64,000 nucleotides of DNA from the sequence record NZ_CP024444.1, one strand, 5' to 3'. A program made the translations under genes and the position numbers. Below, piece after piece: positions 28,161 through 38,077 of the stretch (position 1 is the first letter of the stretch; every line of letters begins with the position of its first letter). The notes beneath the pieces are model-generated. The model was not told the DNA's origin. It saw only the letters and a list, made by a program, of their open reading frames with translations, and made no database searches. This DNA comes from a plasmid.

Positions 28161-28500
28161 TGTGGACTTATATTGATTTTTTAGCATAAGCTTATTCACA
28201 GTTACAAAAACAAGTTACTCAATATTTGTCTAAAATAAGACAATTTTGATTTAACTTATACTAAAAGTATATTTTATTAAGATTTAGCGAATATTAACGG
28301 ATTTTGGTTTGCTGTAAATTGCAACTATTTCATATTCTGTTTTTTATTAACTTGAATTAAAAACGGTATTTTATTAATATAAATGCCGAAAGCCTTTATA
28401 GTGGTGGCTTTGAAACAAGTGAATAAAAAAGGTCTAAGCAGAAATGAACTAACCACGCTTTGATTACACTACGCCAAAACATAAGAAAAGGTATTGTACA

Positions 28501-29637
28501 ATGGCAACTGCCGCACTGAACGAAACCCTTATCAACCCACACCATGTCTTTTTGAACGGTTTACTAGAAGGTTTTCAAGTAATTGATGATGAAAACAGCG
28601 ATAAGTTCTTCTTCTTGCAACGTCAACACTCGGCATTACATCGGTTATTAAACGACAAGCAAACAGGTTATGAAGATTTCAAAAACCGCTACAAACAAGA
28701 TGCGCATAAGCTACTTGAGTCGTTGGGTGAAGACGTCATGTACTCTTCGGGCCAATACCTAAATGGCACAGCATTTCCTCATGAGTTAATCGAGGAGGGC
28801 ATTTCAACAGGCACGGTATCATCACACAGTAGCCCTGAAAGTATCAATGAGATTTACCCCTACAAAAAAGCCATCCAAGCAATGAAAGCATTGTATGACC
28901 GTAATGGCAGTTTAATCAGTGACAAGCTGTTAAAATTCCGACCACATCTACAATCGTTATTTCTAGCATCCAACCCTTATCCAATTTTGGGCTTAAATGC
29001 TGCTATTTTGGCTGCTTTATCTTACTTAAATGAAGCCGATGGCAATCCGCCCAGTAGTAATGTATGGAAAGTCGCTGAAAACGAACAACCCGATGGTTTC
29101 TCGGTTAATTGTGTTTTTCATGCAGATATTTCCCAGCTCACCCATGTTAACTACATTAATAATTACTGTGCCTATTGCCACCCAATTGACGATGACGAAG
29201 ACTATTTAGGCGACTATGACTTTGGTGGCATTTTTATCTATTCGGTATTAGAACCCATCAGTCAAAAGCAGATTTCTAACTTTTTTACTACGATAGCACA
29301 GGTACCGTTTAAATTTATTAAGCTACAAAACGTACCAAATAACCTTATCTCTACGTTGCTTGAGCATTACTATAACGACATTGATTACGCCTGTTTTGTA
29401 GAAACTTGTCAAAATTATCATGACGTTTTTGCTTATATGCTCGCCTGCGCATCAGGACTAAGCCTTAATTACTTTAAGGCATATATTGGTAAAGATTCAG
29501 GGTTTTTTAGACTCACTGAAGATGAACAAATTCAAGTCTTGGTACAAATCAAAAGCTTGGTTGATCCGATAGCGATTGCGATGCAAGACGGTGCGTTTCA
29601 AAATAATTTTGCTCACCAAAACATGGGTGATGCATGA
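28501..29637 (+). CDS. hypothetical protein (378 aa)
   Basis: First ORF after the 394-bp AT-rich gap, with RBS AAAGG. The stop overlaps the next start (ATGA). No recognisable domain. Confidence 0.55.
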   Translation: MATAALNETLINPHHVFLNGLLEGFQVIDDENSDKFFFLQRQHSALHRLLNDKQTGYEDFKNRYKQDAHKLLESLGEDVMYSSGQYLNGTAFPHELIEEGISTGTVSSHSSPESINEIYPYKKAIQAMKALYDRNGSLISDKLLKFRPHLQSLFLASNPYPILGLNAAILAALSYLNEADGNPPSSNVWKVAENEQPDGFSVNCVFHADISQLTHVNYINNYCAYCHPIDDDEDYLGDYDFGGIFIYSVLEPISQKQISNFFTTIAQVPFKFIKLQNVPNNLISTLLEHYYNDIDYACFVETCQNYHDVFAYMLACASGLSLNYFKAYIGKDSGFFRLTEDEQIQVLVQIKSLVDPIAIAMQDGAFQNNFAHQNMGDA

Positions 29638-30968
29638 GCTTATTTGACAAACTCGATGACGAGCTTGACATTGAAGCCCCACCGAACTTATCCAATACAG
29701 CACCACCTAAACCCAATAGTGACAATGTGGTTACTAAAATCACGCATGGCTTTGAAGGTTTCACTGAAAGCAATGTAGCCACACTTGCAAGCCACAGCGC
29801 AACGCCCACGTTTATCAATGATGTGCAAATTGTTGAGTCTAAACATGGGCTAAGTGGCAATCCTGTGGCATTAGACGGCTTGTCAGATGCACAAATTAAG
29901 CAATACCAAGAGTCCTTTGTGCTCGACGACAAATCAGCCCAGCTACCACTTAAAGCCGGGCAAACCCTTCACGCGATTAAACCCGATGAAGTGTATTATT
30001 ATTATTTAAAATACATCACCCAATTAACCCAAAGCATCACATTAAATCAGTTAACAATCGCCAATAACAAACTGCTTTACCCTGATTTTAAGCACCCACC
30101 CGCCAAACTAAACCAACATTTGCCATTATCGGTATTAACGCTAGATGATTATTATGTGCCTAATTTTGATGCGTTATACCGTAACTGTATTAATACTGCC
30201 ATTGTTGACGCGGTTGTTCGTCGCTACACTGGTTTATACCTAGACCCTAGTAATATCACGCCAGCTTACCAAGTTGGTGTTGAAATGGTATCTAACATTT
30301 CATCACTCACCCAGTCTAAGCAATTTATTCAAAATACCGCATGGACGTATTTTGCCCTATCGATGAATAATATTTTTGATTGGCAACGAAAAAACCGCTT
30401 GGCGTATCTATTTAGTTTTTGGCAAAAATGTGTGATGGCAACCATTGATGCCGACCAACAAGAAACCTTGCTTGAGGCACTAAAAAATCAAGCCAATAAT
30501 TTGCGCGAGCTCACCGATAAAATAGTGCTCGATAGAAAGTCGCTCATAAAAGACCGTAAGACCTATAATGCCAAAGAGATTTATTATGAGTCCAATGGCG
30601 TACTAACCTTGTTTGAAGCACAGCCCTACACCAACCCGATTGGCGGCAATGTGTTAATACCCACCAAGCTACTACTCACCACGGTTAATTATCTTGTATA
30701 TGAAGGGCTTTTAGACCGCCATATTTTGTCGCAAGTTGATAATAATGGCAAAGAATACTTGATTGTGAACCGCCTTGCTGAATACGCAACCGAAGACAAG
30801 CGTTACTATGAATTTTTATTGCCAGCGTTTGATGCGTTGATTAAGAGCTTTCTGCCGGACAATAAAGACCCCTATCAGGCGAATTTAATTAAAGGGCTTG
30901 GATATAGTGCTATTCAAGAGCATCGCCAATTTTACAGTGCTACCTCGCTTAATATATTGCCTGATTAA
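29634..30968 (+). CDS. hypothetical protein (444 aa)
   Basis: Start overlaps the upstream stop by 4 bp (translational coupling), with RBS GGGTGA. No recognisable domain. Confidence 0.55.
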   Translation: MSLFDKLDDELDIEAPPNLSNTAPPKPNSDNVVTKITHGFEGFTESNVATLASHSATPTFINDVQIVESKHGLSGNPVALDGLSDAQIKQYQESFVLDDKSAQLPLKAGQTLHAIKPDEVYYYYLKYITQLTQSITLNQLTIANNKLLYPDFKHPPAKLNQHLPLSVLTLDDYYVPNFDALYRNCINTAIVDAVVRRYTGLYLDPSNITPAYQVGVEMVSNISSLTQSKQFIQNTAWTYFALSMNNIFDWQRKNRLAYLFSFWQKCVMATIDADQQETLLEALKNQANNLRELTDKIVLDRKSLIKDRKTYNAKEIYYESNGVLTLFEAQPYTNPIGGNVLIPTKLLLTTVNYLVYEGLLDRHILSQVDNNGKEYLIVNRLAEYATEDKRYYEFLLPAFDALIKSFLPDNKDPYQANLIKGLGYSAIQEHRQFYSATSLNILPD

Positions 30969-30993
30969 AGACTAGGCTAATAGGATAACTATC

Positions 30994-31440
30994 ATGCAAG
31001 CATACGAACAAATACAGTCACATGCCCCAAGCTTTGCCCAAATCACTGATCCAGTCTTCAATGAGCTTTGCGTCGTACAAACTGATATCTTATTTCCGAA
31101 TGTGATACATTACAGTGAACACCCTAAAATATCCCCCGTCCTACTCAATACCGCGACAACTGTGTTAACCCCGATTGACGCGCAAGCCTTGCTCACTAAA
31201 TACGCCAACGAGCTAAAATCACTACATCATACCCTGACCAAAGATTTAGGCTTTATGTCGCTGATTGCATTGGTACACACGTTGTACTTAATGGAGGCAC
31301 ACGCTATGGGTGAACAGCAAGCCATCGATGCTGTGGTTGCACAAACACAGGCGAGATTACACATCAATCAGTCTTTTATCGGTAACCGCTTTATCAACAA
31401 CCCTAATAGCAAAAATAACGAGGTGCCACATGTCCTTTGA
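30994..31440 (+). CDS. hypothetical protein (148 aa)
   Basis: ORF with RBS AGGA. Overlaps the next start by 11 bp. Confidence 0.5.
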   Translation: MQAYEQIQSHAPSFAQITDPVFNELCVVQTDILFPNVIHYSEHPKISPVLLNTATTVLTPIDAQALLTKYANELKSLHHTLTKDLGFMSLIALVHTLYLMEAHAMGEQQAIDAVVAQTQARLHINQSFIGNRFINNPNSKNNEVPHVL

Positions 31441-32113
31441 GCAGACTTCAATTATTGAGAATTCAGCTAAACAAGAGGTGTTGGTGGCGTTATACGACTC
31501 AATACAGACCACGCCTGCCGCCTTGCCACCCAACCAATTGGTGGATTTAATAAATGGCAAAAGTTTTGGTAATCTTGCTGATAACGAACGTGCTGTTTCA
31601 GCCGAGCAGCTTAATGAATTTGCCAACGAACTGTACAAACCCATTTTGGCGCAAAATGAGCTTAAATCTCAATATCATGAGCTTTACGAGCCAGCTATTT
31701 TACAAACCACTAAAAATCAGCTCGCCCACCTAAACCAATCAGCGATTGCGACGTTAACAGGTGAAACCGACTTACTGCCGTTTGAACACTTCTTGCCAGT
31801 GGCGATTAACCCACAAACCATCTTTGTTGATACCCAATACGGTAAAAAGGTCATTGAATTTCTCGAAAAGCAAATGCCGCATACCGATGTGTTTGAAAAC
31901 GTCAAACAGCTATTGTCTTCACGCCTAGAGAAGTATGAAGACACCTATCAAAATGCAATGAATGAAGTCACAACTGATACATTGACAACGCTTACCATTA
32001 AACCAACTCAAGAAACAGTCGAGCCTAAACCTGTTGTTACTGAACCTGAAGATAAACCTACTATCAACTCGCCTGTCGTTATCGATAACGATGATACAGG
32101 ACCTTCTATTTAA
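31430..32113 (+). CDS. hypothetical protein (about 227 aa)
   Basis: The track ORF 31310..32113 overlaps the previous gene. The ATG at 31430 (MSFEQTSIIE), preceded by AACGAGG, is the plausible start. The C-terminus is Pro/Thr-rich. Confidence 0.5.
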   Translation: MSFEQTSIIENSAKQEVLVALYDSIQTTPAALPPNQLVDLINGKSFGNLADNERAVSAEQLNEFANELYKPILAQNELKSQYHELYEPAILQTTKNQLAHLNQSAIATLTGETDLLPFEHFLPVAINPQTIFVDTQYGKKVIEFLEKQMPHTDVFENVKQLLSSRLEKYEDTYQNAMNEVTTDTLTTLTIKPTQETVEPKPVVTEPEDKPTINSPVVIDNDDTGPSI

Positions 32114-32134
32114 CCAAAAGCAAGGATGTAAAGT

Positions 32135-32605
32135 ATGGATATTGCAAGCCTGACTGCCGCAGCGACAACTACCACCATCGCCACCACTGCTGCCACTGCT
32201 GCTGTTGCCACACCTGTTTATTCAGTGGCACACGTACAAAATGCTATGTCACTGGTCGACCCCGGCTTTCAACATGATGCTGGCGAGATTTTTAATCTAC
32301 AACCAGCGATTAAGCTAACCAATCAATCAACCATCGAGTCACTAGATAGCGCAGCTGGCTTGGCTAAAGATTTAAAACACGCCTTATCATCACTGCCTAA
32401 CGAGATCGATATCGAAGAGTTGGCATTTGGCAACGACAATCGTGTGCAAATTGAGCAATTGGCACAAAATGTTTACAACGAAAACCTACGTCAATTGTCT
32501 GACCGCACCATCACGCCTGAATTCAACCCTGAATTTAACAGCACGATTGAGCAAGAAGTCGGTAATGACTCTATTTGGCCAAGTGATGACCCAGCACCAT
32601 ACTAA
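32135..32605 (+). CDS. hypothetical protein (156 aa) with an Ala/Thr-rich N-terminus
   Basis: ORF with RBS AAGGA. N-terminus AAATTTTIATTAATAAVATPV. Confidence 0.5.
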   Translation: MDIASLTAAATTTTIATTAATAAVATPVYSVAHVQNAMSLVDPGFQHDAGEIFNLQPAIKLTNQSTIESLDSAAGLAKDLKHALSSLPNEIDIEELAFGNDNRVQIEQLAQNVYNENLRQLSDRTITPEFNPEFNSTIEQEVGNDSIWPSDDPAPY

Positions 32606-32628
32606 GCGTTTTAACGGGACTATTAATC

Positions 32629-33075
32629 ATGCAAGTATATAAGTCAATCATCACCCACTGGGCATCCAAGATGGAACAAAGCAAGGATGCCATTGTGTTT
32701 AGTTATGAAGATGAAGAGTTGCCACCCGATATCTTGTCATTGTATTTCGGGGATAGTTTTATCAAAGGTGCTTTACAGTACATTTTTATTGTATTTGGTA
32801 CCAATCCCCCTTTGATTGAACAAAAGATTGGGCAACAACTCTCACCAATGATTGATAACGCCCGTTTCATAGAGTTTAATCAATTGCTTGAAAACTTATC
32901 GCATAGTGTCATGAACCCTGATACCGTTCATGTACCACTATCCCAACAAGAAATACACTGGATTGAGCAACTACCAAAACACTTCTTTGCCGAGTGGTTG
33001 TTGTTCTACCTAGATAACAACGTCAAGCCTTTCGCCAATCGCTTAGAACACGCTTTTGCTATCTTTGAGGGATAA
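32629..33075 (+). CDS. hypothetical protein (148 aa)
   Basis: ORF tightly packed between its neighbours, ending 3 bp before the next start. Confidence 0.45.
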   Translation: MQVYKSIITHWASKMEQSKDAIVFSYEDEELPPDILSLYFGDSFIKGALQYIFIVFGTNPPLIEQKIGQQLSPMIDNARFIEFNQLLENLSHSVMNPDTVHVPLSQQEIHWIEQLPKHFFAEWLLFYLDNNVKPFANRLEHAFAIFEG

Positions 33076-33077
33076 TC

Positions 33078-34637
33078 ATGACCGTCTTACCAGCCAAGCC
33101 CCAAACCGATAAAACAGCCGATGTTCATCATTCGGATGTGATACCAGCTGGCGAGAATGACCCAATCAAAACAAATAGCCCGTCGAATGAAGCTAATGCC
33201 CAAACAGGCATAAAGCTTGATTTGAATGCTTTTGCAAAATACTTTTCTGATAATGAGTTACTTATCAGTCTTTTCTTAGAGCTCTGTTTTTTATTACAGC
33301 GCAATAATACCGCTGCCTTGTCTGTAAACGATCTGCAAGTACACCATACCATTTTAATGAAACTGCATAAAGAATACGGACTTACCGGGAATGTTTATCG
33401 AGAGCTTATGCGTTCAATTAGCAATGATGAAGATATGGGTAAGCTGCTTGGTCAATCCAAACACCTAGCTTATATTCGTGGTCAGCACCATGAAGATTAT
33501 GCCCGTATCATCGCCAATTATACCCGGCAAAATGGCTATCTTGTCACCATACAATTAACGGGCGATCCAAAACAAGATTACACCAATCTTAGCCAGTTGG
33601 TTTTGGATATTAAAAGCCAACCGATATTAAACTTAAGTAAGCAACGTTCTGATTTTTGCCAAGTGCAAGCCAATAAAAACTGGCAAGCCTTATATGACGA
33701 GTTAACTAACCCTGTTGCTACGCCAAAAAATCAATTGGTATTATCCTTTAGTCACGATGATAACCACCAAGGAACTAATATACGCTTGTATAAAGCGGTG
33801 TTTTTACTCAAAGAGTTGGTAGCAAAGTATCAAGTTGATACGGTGTCGTTTGATGACTTGACCCTGCATGAACAGCGGCCATCACCGAGCGACGCGCTAT
33901 TAAACACCCATGACTTTTTGTCTTTTGATAATAGCTTTATTTCCATTCAGCCGCATACCAATGATACGGTAAGACCCACCCTATCTAGTGATGTGGTTAT
34001 TATTCAAGATGTCGCAAGTGACGATAAAGAAGGGTCAAACACGCCAGTCGACGAAGATGCCACCAATACCAATGAAACCGCTGAACAAGATAGTGCTAGT
34101 GACCAACAAGCCACCCCTCAACCTAAAGTCCAAGCGACACCGGAACCAAAACCCAGCCTATTTAAGCGATTATTTAGCAAAATTAACCCCAGTCGAGCCA
34201 CCCAAGCAGCTGATAGCGACGTCGTTGATACCACAGCCGATATAAAAACACCCCCATCAAGTCAGGGACTACCCTCTGCAGCAGATAGTAATTCGGTAGC
34301 AACCGCTAATAAGTCCTACTCAAACAATAAAATTCAGCATACTTATCGGGATTGTGCAGGCGTGATGGTGACCAAACCTATCGACCATTGGAAACCTGTT
34401 AGTTGGAATAGTGAAAAATTGTTGGAATTTGAGCGTCATCACCTATCGCTTATTTTCAGCAAGTGTGTTAAAAATGACTTGGCGACTTTAGTTAGTCAAA
34501 AGCAAAAAGCCATTAACATCGATGAATTATTAAAAAATGGGTTTGATTTTCAATGTTTTGCGATAAACGCAGGCTTTTACGCTAAACTTCGCTGGCAAGC
34601 TAACTTGCAAGATACCGTTCAAAAATCAGGTTACTGA
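33078..34637 (+). CDS. hypothetical protein (519 aa) with a central disordered acidic/Pro-rich linker
   Basis: ORF with RBS GAGGGA. The middle region (residues about 300-400) is low-complexity D/T/P/Q-rich. Confidence 0.55.
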   Translation: MTVLPAKPQTDKTADVHHSDVIPAGENDPIKTNSPSNEANAQTGIKLDLNAFAKYFSDNELLISLFLELCFLLQRNNTAALSVNDLQVHHTILMKLHKEYGLTGNVYRELMRSISNDEDMGKLLGQSKHLAYIRGQHHEDYARIIANYTRQNGYLVTIQLTGDPKQDYTNLSQLVLDIKSQPILNLSKQRSDFCQVQANKNWQALYDELTNPVATPKNQLVLSFSHDDNHQGTNIRLYKAVFLLKELVAKYQVDTVSFDDLTLHEQRPSPSDALLNTHDFLSFDNSFISIQPHTNDTVRPTLSSDVVIIQDVASDDKEGSNTPVDEDATNTNETAEQDSASDQQATPQPKVQATPEPKPSLFKRLFSKINPSRATQAADSDVVDTTADIKTPPSSQGLPSAADSNSVATANKSYSNNKIQHTYRDCAGVMVTKPIDHWKPVSWNSEKLLEFERHHLSLIFSKCVKNDLATLVSQKQKAINIDELLKNGFDFQCFAINAGFYAKLRWQANLQDTVQKSGY

Positions 34638-34787
34638 TTGATAAAAACCATGATTTTTTTTGAGTAACTTGGTATCTTGAATTGCAATAAATATCTTATA
34701 ATGTTGTCAATATTTTATATTTTATTTTGATTTGGCATCCAACCTAGTCAACTTTAATTCTTAGCGCATCATAAAAAAGGACTCACC

Positions 34788-37700
34788 ATGTCTTTTATTT
34801 GTCCAACCGATTGTAGTAGTGACCGCGCCGTCAGCATATTACAAAGCATCTTTGGAAAAAACTTTATCGAGTCGTTTTATAAGTCAGGCACACCCAGCCC
34901 TGCCTTAGTCCATGCCGACTCTCATAGCATATTCCCTGTTATTACCAGCAATTTATCAACCGCTGCCTTAACCGTTGTGGGTATTATTATTTCCGTTAGC
35001 ATTATTCGTGGCTTGATGACTTCTGCCAACGATGGCGAGGCGATAGGGGTAAAAAATAATAGCCTTGGTGGTGCTTTTGGACGCCCAATATTTTCTGTTG
35101 CCATGATTACACCCGTGGCTTCAGGCTATATGATAATCAATATTATCATCATGGCTGTGGTGCTTTGGTCTAATAGTATCGCTAACCTTGCCTATAAAAC
35201 CTTTGTTGAAAATGACATTACAGGTGGTACGGCATCGGTTCTTGTCGATGACCCAAACTATCAAAGTGCCAATGATATGATTGTGCCTATGGTGTATGGG
35301 GCATTACAAGGTTATTGCTCAAAATATTCTAATTATAAGCTCAACAATTCGGTGACAATGCGCCAAACTAACGCATGGATTGACGCAACGGGGGTGTTAT
35401 CCAAAACCACGATTAGTGGTGCTCAAGGTCAGCGTACCACCATTGATTATCCTGAAGATGGCATATTAGGTGTGTTAGGCGTTACAGGGTCGGTTTGTGG
35501 TAAATTTGAAGTGACACGTAATGTTCAAGAAGAGCCAGCCATTACAGGCGATACCCAAAGTAAACAACTAGAATCAACTGTTCAACACGATCTGATTGTC
35601 CTTAGAAAACAGATTACCAATGTCCGTGTGAATTATATTTTAGCCGCATATTATGACGGCTATTATTATGCAACAGGTGAAGCACCTCCAGCCCCCGACT
35701 TACAATCAGTTTATCAAAATGGTGGTGGCAACCCTACTTTCACACCCGTTCCGTGGTCAATGGAATTGGCAACCAACACCAATGTTCCTGAAGACCAAAA
35801 ACCCAATGTCACGACTTTGATTAATGCCGCTAAAAACCGCAAATTAAAGCTAGATGCAGAAATACAAAGAATTTTAAATGCCAAGGGTGTTTTGGTCGCT
35901 GACAAAAATGGTCCCCTACCTAACCAACCTCCACCTCCCCAAAACGGGTTAACCACTATGACGGGTGCTTTGGTAAATGAAATTACTGCAGAAGGTTGGT
36001 TATCGGCTGGTAACTACCGTGCGCGTTTTCGTAAATTTACCGCAGGCTTAAGCGACTCTATTGCCAACAAACCCTATACCTACGGTTTACCAAACATAAA
36101 AGTTGATAAAGATGCCAATGAACAAGCTTCATTTATTGAAAGCCTAAATACCATTCGCACAGCCATCTTTGAGCAAATTAAATCAAAGGGCTTGTCACCC
36201 TCTTATTCAATGATTAACGTCGACAGCATTACTTATACCGCAAGCAATGATAAAGTCGATTTAACCACGTTATTGGATGGTCCAAGTTCAGGTGTGATTA
36301 ATGCGGTATTTAATGTCGAACAAGCCATGATTAATACCCTAATTGGTACCGGACCTGGTGAGCAAGTAGATGCCTTACAACGCATCCAAATGACGGGTGA
36401 TTATATTTTTGGCATTGAGTTTTTTATTAAAGCCATTCAAATGGCTACATCTTTAGCGATTGCTATGATTGCCGTGCTTGGTGCGACAGGTGGTGGTTTT
36501 ACTGATTTCGTCTATAAGACTGGTCAATCGTATGAAGGTATTAATAATTTCTATCAAGCCAATCTTGCCACCTATCTTGTAAAATTGGCTGACGATTTAG
36601 ACGTTATTGCCCGTTACTTCTCTACCATCATCCCAACGATGCCTTATGTATTCTTGACTTTGGCTGCCGTCGGATGGTGTATTCAGATTATTCAAACCAT
36701 GCTCGGTATGCCGTTATTCTTTATTATGCATGCTGTGCCACAACGTTCATTCTTGGGTGACCAAATGCAAGGTTATGTGACCTTGATGACGTTGTTTTTC
36801 AGACCCTTAATGATTGTTTCAGCGTTTTTCTTGGCGTTTGTACTCTACGACCCACTACTTACCTTTACCACGCAGATGTATCTATCATTGCATGAAAACG
36901 TCGCTGGAAGTACCTTTGATAGTACCATCCTAAGAATGTATACCGTGTTAAATACGTTTCGTTGGTATTGGCTGATTTTTGCTAACCTACTGTTGGTGGT
37001 AACTTACTACACTTTCGGTTTGGTACAAGAATTGGGTGATACCATTTTTGATTGGCTAGGTACCCGTATCTTTGGTGGTGGATTCGGTAATATGGACACC
37101 AATGGCGTGATGCGAAATGCATCAGTACAAATCGGTGGTGCTCAAGCGCGAAACCGCCAATTACAAGCCGAACGCGCCAAAGCACTCGCCAACCGCAAAG
37201 GTGGTAATGCTGGTGACGCAAATGCAACGGGCGAAGGTGGCAACGGTGGTGGCAATGGCGGTAATGGCGGTGCTAGAGGTGTTGGCGGTAACGATGCCGC
37301 ACGTAATGCCAGTATGTCAGGTGCAATGGGAACAGGTACAGGTTCAAGCCCACAAACACAACAAGCAGGACAAGGTGGTTTTGGTCCAACCGCTGGTGCC
37401 AACCACATGGGCGCAACTGCGCTTATTACAGCTGGTAGTGCCGCAATTGGTGCAGTACGTGGCGCAAGACAACAAGGTACTGCGTATGCGACAGGTGCCG
37501 CAAAAGCCGCAAGTGCAATGGCTGGCGGTGGTAAAGCTGGTAATGCCGCTGGCGCAGCGGCAGGAACAGTTGCAGGCTTGGTAGGTGGTGCGCTAGGTGC
37601 GGCTCGTGGTGGTTATGGTGGTGTAACTCGTGGTCTTAAATCATGGGGTGGTCGCCAATCTTATCAACAAAACTTGAACGAGGCGAGAGCTCGTGGTGCG

Positions 37701-37883
37701 ATTGGTACCAAAGGTTATGATGACCCTACACCATATCAACAAGCTAAAGCACCAACACCGCCAGCGCAAGCACAGGCGCAAAAGACTTCGCCTTATGGCA
37801 TGGGTTCAACGCTTACCCCAAATGTTAACTACACGGTTAATGGTGTTCAGTTTACACAACCAACTAACAAACGAGGCTCATAA
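34788..37883 (+). CDS. polytopic inner-membrane protein (1031 aa). It has 2-3 N-terminal TM helices, an about 400-aa periplasmic domain, an about 5-TM bundle and a Gly/Ala/Asn-rich C-terminal tail; VirB6/TrbL- or DotA/TraY-like architecture.
   Basis: Hydrophobicity read from the translation: TM helices around residues 55-75, 100-125 and 540-760. The tail carries GGNGGGNGGNGGARGVGG ... GGGKAGNAAGAAAGTVAGLVGGALGAARGG. RBS AAGGA. A hairpin follows at 37908-37937. Confidence 0.6.
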   Translation: MSFICPTDCSSDRAVSILQSIFGKNFIESFYKSGTPSPALVHADSHSIFPVITSNLSTAALTVVGIIISVSIIRGLMTSANDGEAIGVKNNSLGGAFGRPIFSVAMITPVASGYMIINIIIMAVVLWSNSIANLAYKTFVENDITGGTASVLVDDPNYQSANDMIVPMVYGALQGYCSKYSNYKLNNSVTMRQTNAWIDATGVLSKTTISGAQGQRTTIDYPEDGILGVLGVTGSVCGKFEVTRNVQEEPAITGDTQSKQLESTVQHDLIVLRKQITNVRVNYILAAYYDGYYYATGEAPPAPDLQSVYQNGGGNPTFTPVPWSMELATNTNVPEDQKPNVTTLINAAKNRKLKLDAEIQRILNAKGVLVADKNGPLPNQPPPPQNGLTTMTGALVNEITAEGWLSAGNYRARFRKFTAGLSDSIANKPYTYGLPNIKVDKDANEQASFIESLNTIRTAIFEQIKSKGLSPSYSMINVDSITYTASNDKVDLTTLLDGPSSGVINAVFNVEQAMINTLIGTGPGEQVDALQRIQMTGDYIFGIEFFIKAIQMATSLAIAMIAVLGATGGGFTDFVYKTGQSYEGINNFYQANLATYLVKLADDLDVIARYFSTIIPTMPYVFLTLAAVGWCIQIIQTMLGMPLFFIMHAVPQRSFLGDQMQGYVTLMTLFFRPLMIVSAFFLAFVLYDPLLTFTTQMYLSLHENVAGSTFDSTILRMYTVLNTFRWYWLIFANLLLVVTYYTFGLVQELGDTIFDWLGTRIFGGGFGNMDTNGVMRNASVQIGGAQARNRQLQAERAKALANRKGGNAGDANATGEGGNGGGNGGNGGARGVGGNDAARNASMSGAMGTGTGSSPQTQQAGQGGFGPTAGANHMGATALITAGSAAIGAVRGARQQGTAYATGAAKAASAMAGGGKAGNAAGAAAGTVAGLVGGALGAARGGYGGVTRGLKSWGGRQSYQQNLNEARARGAIGTKGYDDPTPYQQAKAPTPPAQAQAQKTSPYGMGSTLTPNVNYTVNGVQFTQPTNKRGS

Positions 37884-37907
37884 TTAGTTGCATAACTATA
37901 CAAAAAT

Positions 37908-37937
37908 AAAGGATTGTCAAATAATTGACAATCCTTT
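37908..37937 (+). terminator. perfect 13-bp-arm hairpin AAAGGATTGTCAA-ataa-TTGACAATCCTTT after the membrane-protein gene
   Basis: Inverted repeat read directly, 25 bp after the stop at 37883. The U-tract is weak (TTTATAGG). Confidence 0.45.
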
Positions 37938-38077
37938 ATAGGCGTGTTACGATAATTATGCCATAATTTTTGACCAACCACGGTAAAGTACCTATGTAAA
38001 CCACAAAAATTAACGCACACATAACCATATTTAGACCAGCTGAAGTCGAGAGCAGCTATCTTTATCAAGGAATGGTT

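Noticed and set aside
31310-31429. Upstream extension of the 31310..32113 ORF overlapping the previous gene by 130 bp
   Set aside because: An ATG at 31430 with a Shine-Dalgarno-like sequence gives a compact, translationally coupled start. The long overlap is unlikely.
37117-37584. 155-aa and 88-aa ORFs overlapping the Gly-rich tail of the 1031-aa membrane protein
   Set aside because: They are alternative-frame readings of GGN/GCN repeats. The main frame is continuous from an excellent RBS at 34788.
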